Notes: generated from the sequence alone by a model not told the origin. Shown: positions 46,013 to 57,995, counted from the first letter of the stretch. The stretch is DNA of 64,000 nt from Epithemia pelagica (GCA_946965045.2 OX337230.1:1550001-1614000), one strand, 5' to 3'. Translations and numbers: made by a program.

Positions 46013-46696
46013 CTAGCCAAAGGGTCTAGTCTTGAAATGGGAATTGATCAAAGTATAAAAAAGCGTCTTGAGATCCAGCGAAAGATAGTAAAATGTACGC
46101 AATCCTGTAGGATCCACCGAAGATGCAATGTCGGCCGCACTGCGAATTTCTTGTGTGGTAAAGGCAATGTGCATTGTATCCAATTTGCACTCAATCTCTT
46201 GACGGTCGTCATTTTCACCGGGGACTTTCCATCTGGAGTCGTCCACATGAGCAATCTCGGACGACTTGATAATGGCCTTGAATTCATCAACCACTCCTGG
46301 ACTCAAGAACACTTCTTGTCGAATCATACCATCGTCATCCGCACTGCTGCTATTGGCATAGCGCAGTTTGCCATTGGGGAGCAGCTCAAACTCCAAAAAT
46401 TCTCGTCCTCGCCGACTGTAACGAGTCAGATGATATCGCACGTAGAATTCATCGGAATCACCGTACACGGAGTCCAATTGGGCCATCGCCGAAGCGGCAG
46501 CAAGGCTATGACCAGCATCTCCGTCCAAGGACTGACAAGAAGCGGTTGTCGACGAATCGGACATGATGGTTTGAAGCAAATGCCGTCGACTGAGTTTCCT
46601 CGCTAACTGCAGAAGGTATGGGTATGCTTCAGAAGTTTTCTCCATTTCTATTTCTTCATTCCCCATTACTCTTATTATCGATGGAGAGTCGTCCAT
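46013..46696 (-). CDS. MAGO: Divergent Mago nashi-like protein with N-terminal extension
   Basis: EFYVRY..EFLEFE..GKLRYANS..MIRQEV..DDSRW..RQEIE..HIAFTT..DPTGLRTFYYL..DLK..TLINSHFK..PF. Confidence 0.85.
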   Translation of the reverse strand: MDDSPSIIRVMGNEEIEMEKTSEAYPYLLQLARKLSRRHLLQTIMSDSSTTASCQSLDGDAGHSLAAASAMAQLDSVYGDSDEFYVRYHLTRYSRRGREFLEFELLPNGKLRYANSSSADDDGMIRQEVFLSPGVVDEFKAIIKSSEIAHVDDSRWKVPGENDDRQEIECKLDTMHIAFTTQEIRSAADIASSVDPTGLRTFYYLSLDLKTLFYTLINSHFKTRPFG

Positions 46697-48491
46697 TCCT
46701 ACGAGATGTGACTGATGTTTGAGTTGTGGCGAAATCCAAAATGACGTTGATGGATAAGACTTCCATTTGCCAAATGACGTGTGTCTCTTTTGTGTCTGTC
46801 GTGTCCCTTGAAGAACATATGGTTTCTGTTGGATTTAAAGAGTCGCCGTTAAAAAATCAAGGGGTGACATGATGTTGATACCCGTTCGCACAAGTTATAG
46901 GTATCGGATCGAGTCGTCTCGATAAGGAGTACACCTTCTTGTGGTTGATTCACTTAACACACCGTAGACAAGACTCGAACTATCATAACTAGTTCTCTAC
47001 TAGGTATGCTATAGAAGACGAGATTGGCGCCATTGACCATGACGGGACTACCAACATTGGCTTACATGTGAGAATCAAAGATACATGTGAGAACCTGTGG
47101 TCATTGGGAAATGGACAATCATCCAAGGATACGTACAGGATACGTAGCCACGGTACATTAGAGATATGACCCAATAGATCCTCGTAGCCTTAGTACATTT
47201 GGGAAGAAATGCACGTAGGATCTCTGTACCCAGTACTGGGGATAATAACCTAATGTGGCAGCGAAGACAGCCATGGGGAAAGACATACAAATCTAGAATA
47301 AAGCTCACAATCTAAAATCTCACCATTCATCACATCTCTTTGTGTCCTACCTACTCTCCTAGTAGTTGTTGGCCTTTTCCTTGACCCGTGAGGAACTGGC
47401 TACGAAGTTGGTGACTCCTGATTGTCCTCTTTGCTCTCTGTCTGCTGAGGCTTTGGTACAGCCTCTAAAACCTAACACTCACCACATTCCTGTTTGGGCA
47501 GACGCCCTTTAACCTTTGCGAGATTAACAGTCTCAACAGACTCTCTGAGTCAGGTTTGTGGTTGATTGTTGTTTGCCTTGCTTGGATTGCTTCTGCTTGT
47601 GGCTTTTCATCATCCCTTGTGGATGGAAACAACATTTTGCTGTTTCTTGTCCATCTTGTTGCCTGTCCCGTGGACTTTGTTGTCGGATCTGGTTGATTGC
47701 TGCTCTCGATTGTCTTCTCCGAGTTTTCACCTCCTTTGTTTGTGAGACGATCGTGTCTTGTTGCTTGGGGGAACTCGCGCGTGGCGATCATCTGATTTTG
47801 TATTGGGTCAGCTTTCTGTGTAACGTGAACCGAAAATTTGGGGGTGTGTTTTGTTCATCCAGAATCTGGGGACCTATCCGGGGTAACCAATCCAACGGGC
47901 AACCAGATTCCCAGTCCTTCGAGACTGTCGTATTCCCCCATCCCGTACTTTACGTACAAGTAAGTCGCAAGACTGAAAAGAGGGCGATCTTTGCCAAACC
48001 GGCTGGATACCGTAAGGGGGGCGAAGTTCAAGTACTCAACAGGTACTCCTTCGCGTGTTCCGGCACACCTTTGTCTTTCTCACAACGCATCTGTTGCTGA
48101 CGCTCGCCAGGCGTTCAGGCTCTCTTCTCTGTGCTGTGAACAGATTTGCGATATCATTCCGTGGATGATCAATTCCCGCGACGGTCGCGTTTCTGTCATT
48201 TTTGGAGTCACGTTTTGGAGAGTCCCGTGAATTTCTTGGAGATTTGGATGACGTCATCATCATGACTTGGAGTCGCATCTAGGACTGAAATTTTCTTACA
48301 CGTGGAGATTAAGCTAGGGACTGGCAATCCCGGGTGTGTGGAGACAAGGACAGACTGTCAGACGTTACCAACTTAACGTTTACGTTAGTTGTGCCTAAAC
48401 CCTGCAGCGGAAGTGCGCCATATCAAAATAGCTTCGCCTAGCGAGCCCATTGGCATTACTCCCAGTTTGGATCATCTTATCGCTTGGTTGT

Positions 48492-49248
48492 TAGTAGAAC
48501 TCTCATTGAGAATTCAGAAGGGTAATAGGTAGTTGGGTAAAAGGCTCGCTGAGCCGACAATCGAATCACCAACCGATACAACAATCCTCCACGGGTCAGA
48601 GAAGAGTTGCAAGTCAAAGTCCGCCGTGGGTGGGGGCAGTCGGTCCACTGATAAGAGGTTAGTCTTAAGATGAGTGTTAAAATGGTGATATTAATGATTG
48701 TGAGATGATTACTAACTAAGGTGTTTGATGAAGGTCGAGGTCCTGGCTCTTGTATACGGCCATGGATCTGGTGTGATAGGTCCTCAAATGGTTGGAGTAG
48801 ACCTGCATTGTTGTATTGAAAGTATATGCAGTTGTATATCATATACCAATGCCAACAGCTCTTGCTTTGTTGTGATATAGGTAGTTTTCTTGGCGCGTTG
48901 TTGATTGCATTCTTGGAATTGTGGGAATGGAAATATGGTCTCGCGTGATCGTGATTCGTGCTTTGATTACTTAGGTCGTTGAGGTAAGTCGTGGAGGTGC
49001 TCACTCGGATCGTGATTGCGCGCGCTTGAGAATACTGGGCGCGCACGTGATGGGCCATAGTCAATATCCGAGCGGTCGCCGATAGCGCGTGCATTGCGAG
49101 CATGCCTTGGCCAAAATTAAAGGTCCGCGAGCATGCCGTCATTCTTTTCTCACTTTTACACAAATGTCATCGGATGCCATAAAATACTAGCATCAGTCGA
49201 TGTGTTGTAGATTCCACCATCACCTAGTTAAAGGTGAGAATCCTAACA
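48492..49248 (-). repeat. 3' LTR (TG...TA)
   Basis: Direct repeat of 53121-53877 at offset 4629. Confidence 0.92.
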
Positions 49249-52200
49249 CTCCCCACAATTCGTCGAGTGAGGATTGTTATTTTCCTTGTCATGCTTCTGA
49301 ACGTTTCCTCCCCAGAAGAATATGATCTTGAACATGGTCCATACTTTTGAGAATTTCCAATGTTTGTTGAGAACGTCTCCTGGATGTTCTCATAGTCATC
49401 ATTCTTGAGTTGGTAGGTCTTGTCGATGCCCTTTGAGCTATGCTCCCCAGGTGCCTTCTTCATCCAAACATTGGGATCTGCTTTAGTTGGTGACAAATCC
49501 ATATCAATTGGGATGTCAAAGAAACAGTCACGCCGACATGCTCCTGAAGATTTCAATCCCTTTGAGGCCTTGTGCGTAATCAAGATGTGACCTGATTCCT
49601 TGAGTTCTTGTCTTGCAACTATCAAGATCTTCTCTCCAGATAAAGCTTCCGGGTCGTGTGCAATTCCAACTTTTGCTCCCCATATATCCATATCATTGAG
49701 AATCCCAAGACAGGTGGTTGTATGGAAGTTGTGAATGGAAGTAGTACACAAAAAGATTGCCTCAACCGGTTCTTTGGTAAAAGCCTCGTCTGTGATGAGA
49801 AGTGCTGGGCGACTATCATCATGTTTTACAAGATGGATTCGAATCTTGTTCTTGTGATACTCTTCTGGTGATGCATTTATCATTTCCCTTCTCTTGAACT
49901 GAGCTTGAACGCAATCCTTGACTTTTGTGAGGGATTGGATCTGTGAAGCCTGAAAGAGCTCAACTTCAGTAGTGTTGTGCCACTTTCTTTTACCATGTTG
50001 CTTGTCTAACAAAACAACTAATTCTTCATTTGTCATTGAAACTTGATAACCAAACTTGTACTTGATGGAACGACAGACTTGCTTGATTCTTGACTGCTGT
50101 TTGGCAGCTTGAACAAGGCATTTACTGGTCTTGACAAAACGCTTGAGATGTTTCCATCCAAGTTCATTTAAAAGATCACGTTTCTTGGCATAGGCATCAT
50201 TTACCATGAGTGACGGAGGCTCATAGATCATCTCCCCAGTCTCCCAATCAACAAGTATATTACAGTGACTTCTTTTGTAGTCAGGATTGTTGCTAATACT
50301 TGACGGTTCTTGATCTGCAACAACGTCTCTGAACTGGAAAACGTCATCTTCAGTTTCCTGTGCTTGGTTGTCCTGTTTGATGTATTCCATATGTTGACGG
50401 TATGAAATTATCTTGTCAATATCGGAAATGGATTTGCAGAAAGTGTACTTGATACAGTCTTCTTGCTTGAGAGCATCTTGTTCTAAATCAATGACGCATC
50501 TTATAAGACACGGTTGTGGTTGCTCCCCATTATACGGTTGTCGTTGCTCCCCATTTTCCTCTGGATCATAAACAAGGAAAGGTTGTCCAATAGTGTCATC
50601 ATGTTTGATCGTTGGAATTTGCGTGGATGGATCTTCACCTTTGCTAGAAATGAGAACAATGTCAGCTTGCTTGCCGTTGGGTTCACTTGGAAGCGATTCC
50701 TCCCCTGAAGAGGTATCCACACAAAGGTTGCTGGGTGGCGTGGGTGCATCATGAAGAATGGCAGAGTAACAAAGGGTTTGAGTGTCCAGAGACAAAGTAG
50801 CACCAATAGGAGGGGCAAAAACAAGCCAGTAGCCAAGTGTCGTGACAAAAGAGGGAGGGTAGGGATGGTAGGGACGGTGGGAGAGGGCATATGATTCGGG
50901 AAAGTAGGGGGCCTTGTCCCAGATAAGGAAGAAAAGAGGGTGGGTAATGCCGGGTGGGCGACCATTGAGGATCTCAAGAGGGATATGGCCCGAAACGGTC
51001 ACGACGTATGTTGTCCTCTTAACGGTCTGATAACGGTTCTCAGCCATGTTCTGGTCTTGGAGGTATGGTTTGGAACAGTATTCTCCAAGCAGGGGTGTGA
51101 AGAAGGAAGGCGTATCAGGTCCATGATCGTAAGGTAAATCCAAGAGAAGGTTGAGGTTACAGACAACACGATTGGTATACTTCCCAAAAGCATCATGCGG
51201 ATTGTTGCCATCATTTTCAACAGTCCTTGAAGAAGGTGCCGTATCTTGCATGGGATCAAGATACCAATGATTATAGCCCGTCAATTGATTGTCACCGGAG
51301 AAAGTTGACATGCGAGAGAGCAGATTTCGAGATATCTCAACTTTCTGTTTACAGTTGTTGTTCTCGAGACAATCATTAGGGATGGATGTTGCCTTGATAT
51401 TGGACACCAAATTAGCAAGATCAGATGTTGGATGATTGACATCAATATTGGTCACAATTTGTGGAACCAACCGGGTAATCAGATCAAAGAAATTATCTTG
51501 ATGGTCTTGGGAATCATCTTGAATCATGTCGTCAATCCATGCACGACCAGGGTCGGGATCAGCTTCCGGATCAATGTCAAGAGTATGCGTCTGTTCCATG
51601 CATGCAGTTGTTGATGACGGATTCTGGGTAGACTTGTTGTACGCAATGATTACTTGACGACTATTGTCGTTGAGTTTACTCCACAGATCTCTTGGAAGAC
51701 TGATCTTTGGACGAAGCGAAGATGATTTCTTGGTCTTCACGTTAGTTCTCTTAATCATGCGGTGTTTTTCTTTGGGTGATAGATCTTTGATATCAAAATC
51801 TTGGTCATATTGAAAGTCGCATTGCTTGGTATGCTTAAGTCGGTTAGACTTTGGTGCTCGAGTTGCTTGGTCATGATCATATGCGGCATCAAGGAGAAGA
51901 CGGAAATATGATTGATAACAAAGTGTCTTTGCACCAGACAAGATGTTGACTTGTCGTAAATCAGGTACCTTTTCAACGGCTTTCATCAGGAAGGTCATCC
52001 TAGTGGAGTGGCCAGGAATGTGATCAAACATTGATCCCAGATTGTCGAGAAGATGGAATTGGTGTTGAAAGTGGAGAAGAAACTGATAGGTTGTGCCGTG
52101 CCATGAATCATCGAGACGAAGATTGGAGATGTAGTTGTTAAGACGTAGCACCTCTCTTTTTGCTAAACGAAATGACGAAATGCAACCTTGGTTCAGACGG

Positions 52201-52616
52201 AGCTTGGTGAAGTCTGCATTGATTCTCCAATGATCATAATTGGCCTTGGTGAGGTTCAACCAGGTAGAGCGAGGTAAATCAGACTGCTGCAGGGTTGAGG
52301 TTTGTTCTCGTGACCAATGTGCTAGGATCTTCAGTTGATGCCTTGTAAATGTCTTCAGATCCATCGTCTTGTTCCCATACTTGTATTGTCCAAGGTCCTT
52401 GATATTCTTTTCTGGATTGACTGCAAGATAGTCGATGACATTCAGAATGTGTTCGAAACCACTATGTTTTATCCATTGATGAAGGGCTTGAGCTCGTTCT
52501 TCATCACATTCAAATAGATGCTGGGTGATATGATTGAACACTTGTGTATCTGATATGTCAGGCGGTACTGAGTCGTCAGAAGGAAGAGAAGGTGTCTTGG
52601 GGTATGTTGGATCCAT
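49224..52616 (-). pseudogene. Internally deleted gag-pol (gag, integrase and RT remnants; no recognisable protease, YxDD or RNase H) still in one 1130-codon frame
   Basis: SWHGTTYQFLLHFQHQFHLLD (gag), QNMAENRYQTVK (integrase remnant), NILVDWETGE, KYKFGYQV, IHLVKHDD, KASKGLKSSG, TKADPNVWM (degenerate RT). Confidence 0.8.
49249..49256 (-). other. Polypurine tract
   Basis: Minus strand GTGGGGAG immediately before TGTTAGG of the 3' LTR. Confidence 0.75.
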
Positions 52617-53106
52617 GGTAGTATATGGTTGGTTCGTTGTTTATTTAATGTGTGGTGTGATCTGAACCCGGATGTACCACGTGTGTGCCACGTATGTCAG
52701 TACCCGGATGTGTGTTGTGCTGGGAACCCGGATGTGCGGAACTCGGTTTTGTCTCTGGTTTGTTGTGGAAACTACTTAAAGATACTTATCCTTGGTCACT
52801 TCCGGACTCGTTGCGGTGATCGAGTTGAACCAGGGAGTCAGGAATAATGGTAGCTTCCTCGTCTTGCTCGTAGTCCTCAGCAAAGTACTGGTCAGGTGAG
52901 TATTGGGAAGGTAGTTGCACGAAGTCCTGGTCCAGCTTGAGGTCCTGGAATAGGAGAGGGTTGATGACCCTAGCCTTAGCCAGGCTGGCCCTGTTGTTGG
53001 GTTGGGTAGCTTTGTCCTCTAACTCTTGTTTGTTGGTGTAGCTCAATCTGTACTCAATGTAGATGGGTAAGTATGATCTCCAATGCGACTGCAGGGCAAT
53101 GAGCGA

Positions 53107-53120
53107 TGAGACTGTTAATC
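53107..53120 (-). other. Primer-binding site complementary to a tRNA-Asn(GUU) anticodon arm
   Basis: Minus strand GATTAACAGTCTCA directly after the 5' LTR; its complement TGAGA-CTGTTAA-TC is a 5-nt stem strand, a 7-nt loop with GTT and the start of the partner strand. Confidence 0.65.
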
Positions 53121-53877
53121 TAGTAGAACTCTCATTGAGAATTCAGAAGGGTAATAGGTAGTTGGGTAAAAGGCTCGCTGAGCCGACAATCGAATCACCA
53201 ACCGATACAACAATCCTCCACGGGTCAGAGAAGAGTTGCAAGTCAAAGTCCGCCGTGGGTGGGGGCAGTCGGTCCACTGATAAGAGGTTAGTCTTAAGAT
53301 GAGTGTTAAAATGGTGATATTAATGATTGTGAGATGATTACTAACTAAGGTGTTTGATGAAGGTCGAGGTCCTGGCTCTTGTATACGGCCATGGATCTGG
53401 TGTGATAGGTCCTCAAATGGTTGGAGTAGACCTGCATTGTTGTATTGAAAGTATATGCAGTTGTATATCATATACCAATGCCAACAGCTCTTGCTTTGTT
53501 GTGATATAGGTAGTTTTCTTGGCGCGTTGTTGATTGCATTCTTGGAATTGTGGGAATGGAAATATGGTCTCGCGTGATCGTGATTCGTGCTTTGATTACT
53601 TAGGTCGTTGAGGTAAGTCGTGGAGGTGCTCACTCGGATCGTGATTGCGCGCGCTTGAGAATACTGGGCGCGCACGTGATGGGCCATAGTCAATATCCGA
53701 GCGGTCGCCGATAGCGCGTGCATTGCGAGCATGCCTTGGCCAAAATTAAAGGTCCGCGAGCATGCCGTCATTCTTTTCTCACTTTTACACAAATGTCATC
53801 GGATGCCATAAAATACTAGCATCAGTCGATGTGTTGTAGATTCCACCATCACCTAGTTAAAGGTGAGAATCCTAACA
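53121..53877 (-). repeat. 5' LTR (TG...TA)
   Basis: Direct repeat of 48492-49248. Confidence 0.92.
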
Positions 53878-54997
53878 GTTGTAATATCACACGAATTCTT
53901 TTGAAGTCTTATAGTAGACTACCTGAAGGATAGAGAGTAATCTTCAAGGCGGGGTCTTGGTGACGAAGGCAGCCCCACCCCATCGGGGGTGTGGCACGCT
54001 ATTTTTCTGCGACTGGGGAGACGGATTAGGGTAGACTACCACCTGGTGGCGGCAAGCCAGAGGGATCATCGGTAGGAACGATAATCTTATCTCACTAGTT
54101 TATGAATAAGACAGCAAGAAGTATGACAGAGACTCAAGGCAATGCTGACCTGACTTTCTCTCTGAGTGTTGGGGAGAATCTAGCACTGGAGGAAACTCAT
54201 CTACAAAGTTTAGGTCACATCTTCTGTACTGTATTCCAGTGTCCACGATACCTAGTTCCTTTCTGTGCCTGGATGGAGTACAAGGGCTATGATCCTTTTT
54301 CTGAGGTTGTTGAGATTCTATCTATGGACATCAAGCTTGGTCTCAACAGTACAAATGGATTCCTAGCTACAAGCTGAGTTCAGACAGAATGTTCCTGACG
54401 TAGCGCTCCAGTAGGAAATCTACGTAATCCGCGCAAGCCATCCCCTGAATATAGCCCTTCTATTTATGCCTCTACCGTTCTACCAAAAATTGACCATGGT
54501 GAACGGTCCTTTTGACCGATCTCTTGCCAAATAGGAGACGGCTCCATGATCCCATGCTCTGAACCTCTTCTCCATTCATGGGTTGAGCATGGAGAACGAT
54601 GTCGGCGCTGCATTCGTTTTGTAGGTGTCGTTTTATCTAGTTGAAGGTGGTCGCCACGCGATTTACTACGGCGACTCACGGCAAAACTTGGTGCAACCAA
54701 TGCACCTCTATTGTAGAATCGAATGATAGAAGATAGAACAAAGACTATGAACACTTGTAGCGTTGTTCACGTCAAAAATTGATATTCTTCTCGTTAGATA
54801 TGTGGAACTTAGACTAGAAGTTGCGTCGTCCACAACAAAGATTGATGTTCTTTTCGTTGTTGTGACTCACACAGCCGTACCTGAACGCAATGTATTGTAC
54901 GGTAAACGTAACACAACTATAGAATTAGATCGTATTCATAGAGAATGAAGATCCTACTCAAATGATAATCATAAAACGCTGCTACATTGTTCACTAT

Positions 54998-55573
54998 CTA
55001 GGCTTGTTGATGATTAAAGAAGAGATTTTGAAGCGGGTGCTTAAGCATCATCGCACCAAGCAAAATGTTGAAGCGATCCATATCCTTGCTGCCCATGTAG
55101 ATTGTAACGACCTGGGGTTCCATGCAGGCTTGAGGGTTGATGGAGCAGCGTGTGTAGAGGCGGATGCGTCCCATGGGAGGTCCGTTCTTGCTCGTCTTTC
55201 CAGAGACCTGGTCCAGGTGCGACAGAGCAATGAACCCAACTGGAACAACCAACGCTGGTTCCTCATGCTCGCTTGTTGCATCCCGGTCAAAGACTGCAAT
55301 CCGTAGGTAGTCGGTCGCAAGCTCCCGCTGCACAAGAAGCAGATGGCCACGGTCGACGAGGTTGTGGCCAGTGTCCTTGTTTCTCGACATGGGCCCGATG
55401 AGCGCGCAAACATCGCTGGCATAAAAGCACGACTTGAACGGGAGACCAGCACCACCCTCACGGCCATCCTCTTCGTTGAACTCGAACTTCGTCCTCATGT
55501 TGGTCATCTTGTTTCTTCTTCCTTGCCTCTTCCTGTCGTCTCTGTTTGATTGTTCCATTGCACGGCGGGTCAT
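54998..55573 (-). CDS. Hypothetical protein (191 aa)
   Basis: Plausible ATG-started ORF with globular-looking composition; no motif recognised. Confidence 0.4.
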   Translation of the reverse strand: MTRRAMEQSNRDDRKRQGRRNKMTNMRTKFEFNEEDGREGGAGLPFKSCFYASDVCALIGPMSRNKDTGHNLVDRGHLLLVQRELATDYLRIAVFDRDATSEHEEPALVVPVGFIALSHLDQVSGKTSKNGPPMGRIRLYTRCSINPQACMEPQVVTIYMGSKDMDRFNILLGAMMLKHPLQNLFFNHQQA

Positions 55574-55743
55574 TCGGAAGTTGCTTCATGCTGCAAGTTG
55601 ATTTTGTGGCGCGCGCCGATATTGTTCACGAATGAGCGCGGGGGATTCCCTAGATGACACAAGAACGGAGAGCGGGCAACAATCAAACAAACAAACACAA
55701 CAATCAAACGAACGAATCCCTATTGTGTTCTCACTTTCCAACG

Positions 55744-56639
55744 ATGCGCCAGACGCGTAGTGCTACCAAACGAGCTGAGTCTGCGAAGAAGGAGCAGGAG
55801 GACTCCGCCGCAGCTCTCTCCACAACCGCATTTCCCTCCAACAAGGGAAACAAGGCAAACAAGAAAATGAAGACAAAGACGGCCGTGGACAACAAAACGT
55901 CGAAGAAGAAGAAGACGACGACGACGAAGTCTCCCGCTTCGACAAAGAAGCATGTGACCTTCAAGCTTGAGGGTCCTTCGTCGTGGCACGAGCGCGCAAA
56001 ACAGTGGCAACTCACCATTGGGGATGAAGATGGTATCCCAGTGTTCTTCGTCAGCAACAAGGACGTCATGCGCTAACCTGTCGGATATCGCGGCAGAGCT
56101 CCTTGCGATCGAGGCTGTCGGCAAAGAAGGTAAGTTTGATTGTTCATTGTTGGTTTTGAGTCTCCCTTTCTCACGACGCGCCCTCTGCTGCCACAGACAC
56201 CAAACCCAACAGCAAGCCCGACAACAAGCCCGACAGCAAGCCCGAGAAGGAGATCAAGAAGAAGGACGACGTCGAGAACAAGACTCCAGAGTCTTATGTG
56301 ACCCCGAAGAAAGTAACTTCTTCCCCGAAGGTGGCGTCTCGAGCTTTCGCACTGACCCCCTCCCAGAAGCATGCTTTCCAGCGTCGGATTGCTGAGGAAC
56401 AGGTGAAGGAAAGTGGAGCGACAGACCCTCGCCAGACTTTGAATGAGTCGCTGGCATTGGGAGAAAACATCCCGTCGTCTCCTCCTTTGTTCTTTAGCAA
56501 TCCTTCCCGTGCATACCGGACGTCCATTGATTCGTATGCCGATGATGGATTTCTCGAGACCCAAGAAGACTTCATCGGTACGCAGCAAAACGGGCTTTTT
56601 GGTCCCGAGTACTTGGATCATGAGGACGAGGCGTACTAG
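55744..56639 (+). pseudogene. Lys-rich hypothetical gene with one frameshift (~56070) and one intron (~56130-56197)
   Basis: MRQTRSATKR..NKDVMR* continues in another frame as ANLSDIAAELLAIEAVGKE, then GTAAGT...CCACAG, then DTKPNSKPD..DEAY*. Confidence 0.4.
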
Positions 56640-57147
56640 ATATCTACTGATGGACGTTTTAGGTATCCTTAATCACTAAATATGAATCGATTTGTCATCA
56701 TGGTAGTGCTTCTACAGTCATTCTTGTTGTGATTATCATCATTGTCGTCGTCCAAGTCCTCGTCATTGTCGTGGCTATCATTGTCGTCGTTGTATTGTAG
56801 TCGTCCTTGTTGTAGCTATCATCGCTCATCCTGTTTGTCCTCTTCATCATCATCGTCATCGTCGTTATCCAGCTTGCCAGTGTCGGTAGTTGGGTCCCGG
56901 TTTGTGGGCACGCCTCGTATGGATGTACGAGGGAGTTAGTGATTGGTCCCAGACGAGCTATGATTCTTATCTCATATTTTGCGTTTTCGACACAACACGA
57001 CAATGTACTAAAGTATAATATGAAGGAATAAACTAGTAAATCTTAATGTCATACTGCAACTCAACGTACCATGGTACTCTTTTTCAACAATAACACACTT
57101 TCACCACAAGGAAAGATCTAAGTTTGATCGGCTTCTTTGTTCGCGAT

Positions 57148-57995
57148 CTAAATACCAGGTTTTTTCGTAGCCAGAAGCACTCTACGATAATCACCCTGGA
57201 CGGCAACGCGATGGCCATCGAGCGTAAGGTTAACCCGAATGATCCCACTTGGGCAATCACCAGGAATGTCCTTTTGATGGAAGTAGCACTCTGAAAGCCT
57301 TTGTCCAGAAGGTAGATTGCAGCTGTTCTTTGGCATGGGATCGTGGATGGTCCGATCTTTTCCTTGGTACACGTAAAAATGTGCACGTGGATTTCCCAGC
57401 TCTCCAGTCTTAAAGCCACCAGCATGGACAGTATCTCCTCGAACGAGGAGAAACTTGCTGTACGGGATTTGTACCACGTTACCCAACTCATGCGTATAGT
57501 TCTCGTGCTTCTCAGCACGGTAGCTCCACAATTCAATAACTGCTTGAAATCTGTCGTGACTTTTTGGACATGTTCTGGGTCGCAGCCGTTGAAGTACCGA
57601 GTGTTGGCCATCATGCCCTCATGTTCCATCATCGCCATCAACAAATTTGGGGTGTAGTCTTGAACAGATTTGAAAAAGGTGCCCTTTCCTTTACTGTTCA
57701 GGTGTTTGCCTTTCCACACTTGCTCCAACAACTGGAGGAGGTCTGGCGGCGTTGTAAAAAAACAGCCTCGATAGATTTTGTTTTCACTATCGTATAGCGA
57801 TTTGAAATACTTCTTAAGCAATTCTCTATTTTGCAACATCTGTTGCTTTTGCCATTCACCCTCCTGCATTAACTCGTCGATCGCATTCATCTCCGGAGCA
57901 AAAGAATTGTCATCCGACATCTCCTGATCAAAAGAATTGTCATCCGTGGTGTCACTTTCTGAAAATTCTGGCAAGGCAATTACTCGTACTAACAT
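57148..57995 (-). pseudogene. 2OG-Fe(II) dioxygenase-like (double-stranded beta-helix) gene broken by a frameshift or deletion near 57550
   Basis: VVQIPYSKFLLVRGDTVHAGG..GNPRAHFYV resembles the distal His/Arg strands of PhyH-like dioxygenases; the proximal HxD is not recoverable in one frame. Confidence 0.5.

Larger units (their letters stand above)
48492..53877 (-). mobile_element. Non-autonomous copia (CoDi-like) LTR retrotransposon, 5386 bp, recent insertion
   Basis: Two 757-bp LTRs that appear identical, 5-bp TSD GTTGT (48487-48491, 53878-53882), PPT GTGGGGAG before the 3' LTR, primer site after the 5' LTR. Confidence 0.92.
46873..54377 (+). mobile_element. Outer, truncated copia (CoDi-like) LTR element: LTR ~46873-47521, primer site 47522-47535, long leader and gag start ~54121; interrupted by the inner element
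   Basis: Shares GATTAACAGTCTCA with the inner element; the flanks of the inner element rejoin across GTTGT; gag-like LGHIFCTVFQCP..MEYKGYD at 54102-54377. Left boundary (TGTTG) is a guess and no 3' LTR is seen. Confidence 0.5.

Noticed and set aside
45920-46606. 228-aa plus-strand ORF
   Set aside because: Antisense shadow of the Mago-like gene.
48477-49163. 228-aa and 225-aa ORFs (48477-49163, 53115-53792) as duplicated genes
   Set aside because: They lie within the LTRs, have no recognisable motif, and are duplicated only because the LTRs are.
48489-53877. Canonical TG..CA LTR boundaries at 48489 and 53113
   Set aside because: They make the LTRs differ by 5 bp, give no TSD (TTGGT vs GTTGT) and swallow the primer site; the TG..TA boundary resolves all three.
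48487-53883. LTR-element TSD GTTGT resembling the Dada core GTTGTAG
   Set aside because: Different integrase chemistry and only a 5-6 nt match; likely coincidence.
56698-57003. Thr/Met-rich 101-aa ORF
   Set aside because: Produced by GAC/GAT-type trinucleotide low complexity; no coherent gene could be built.
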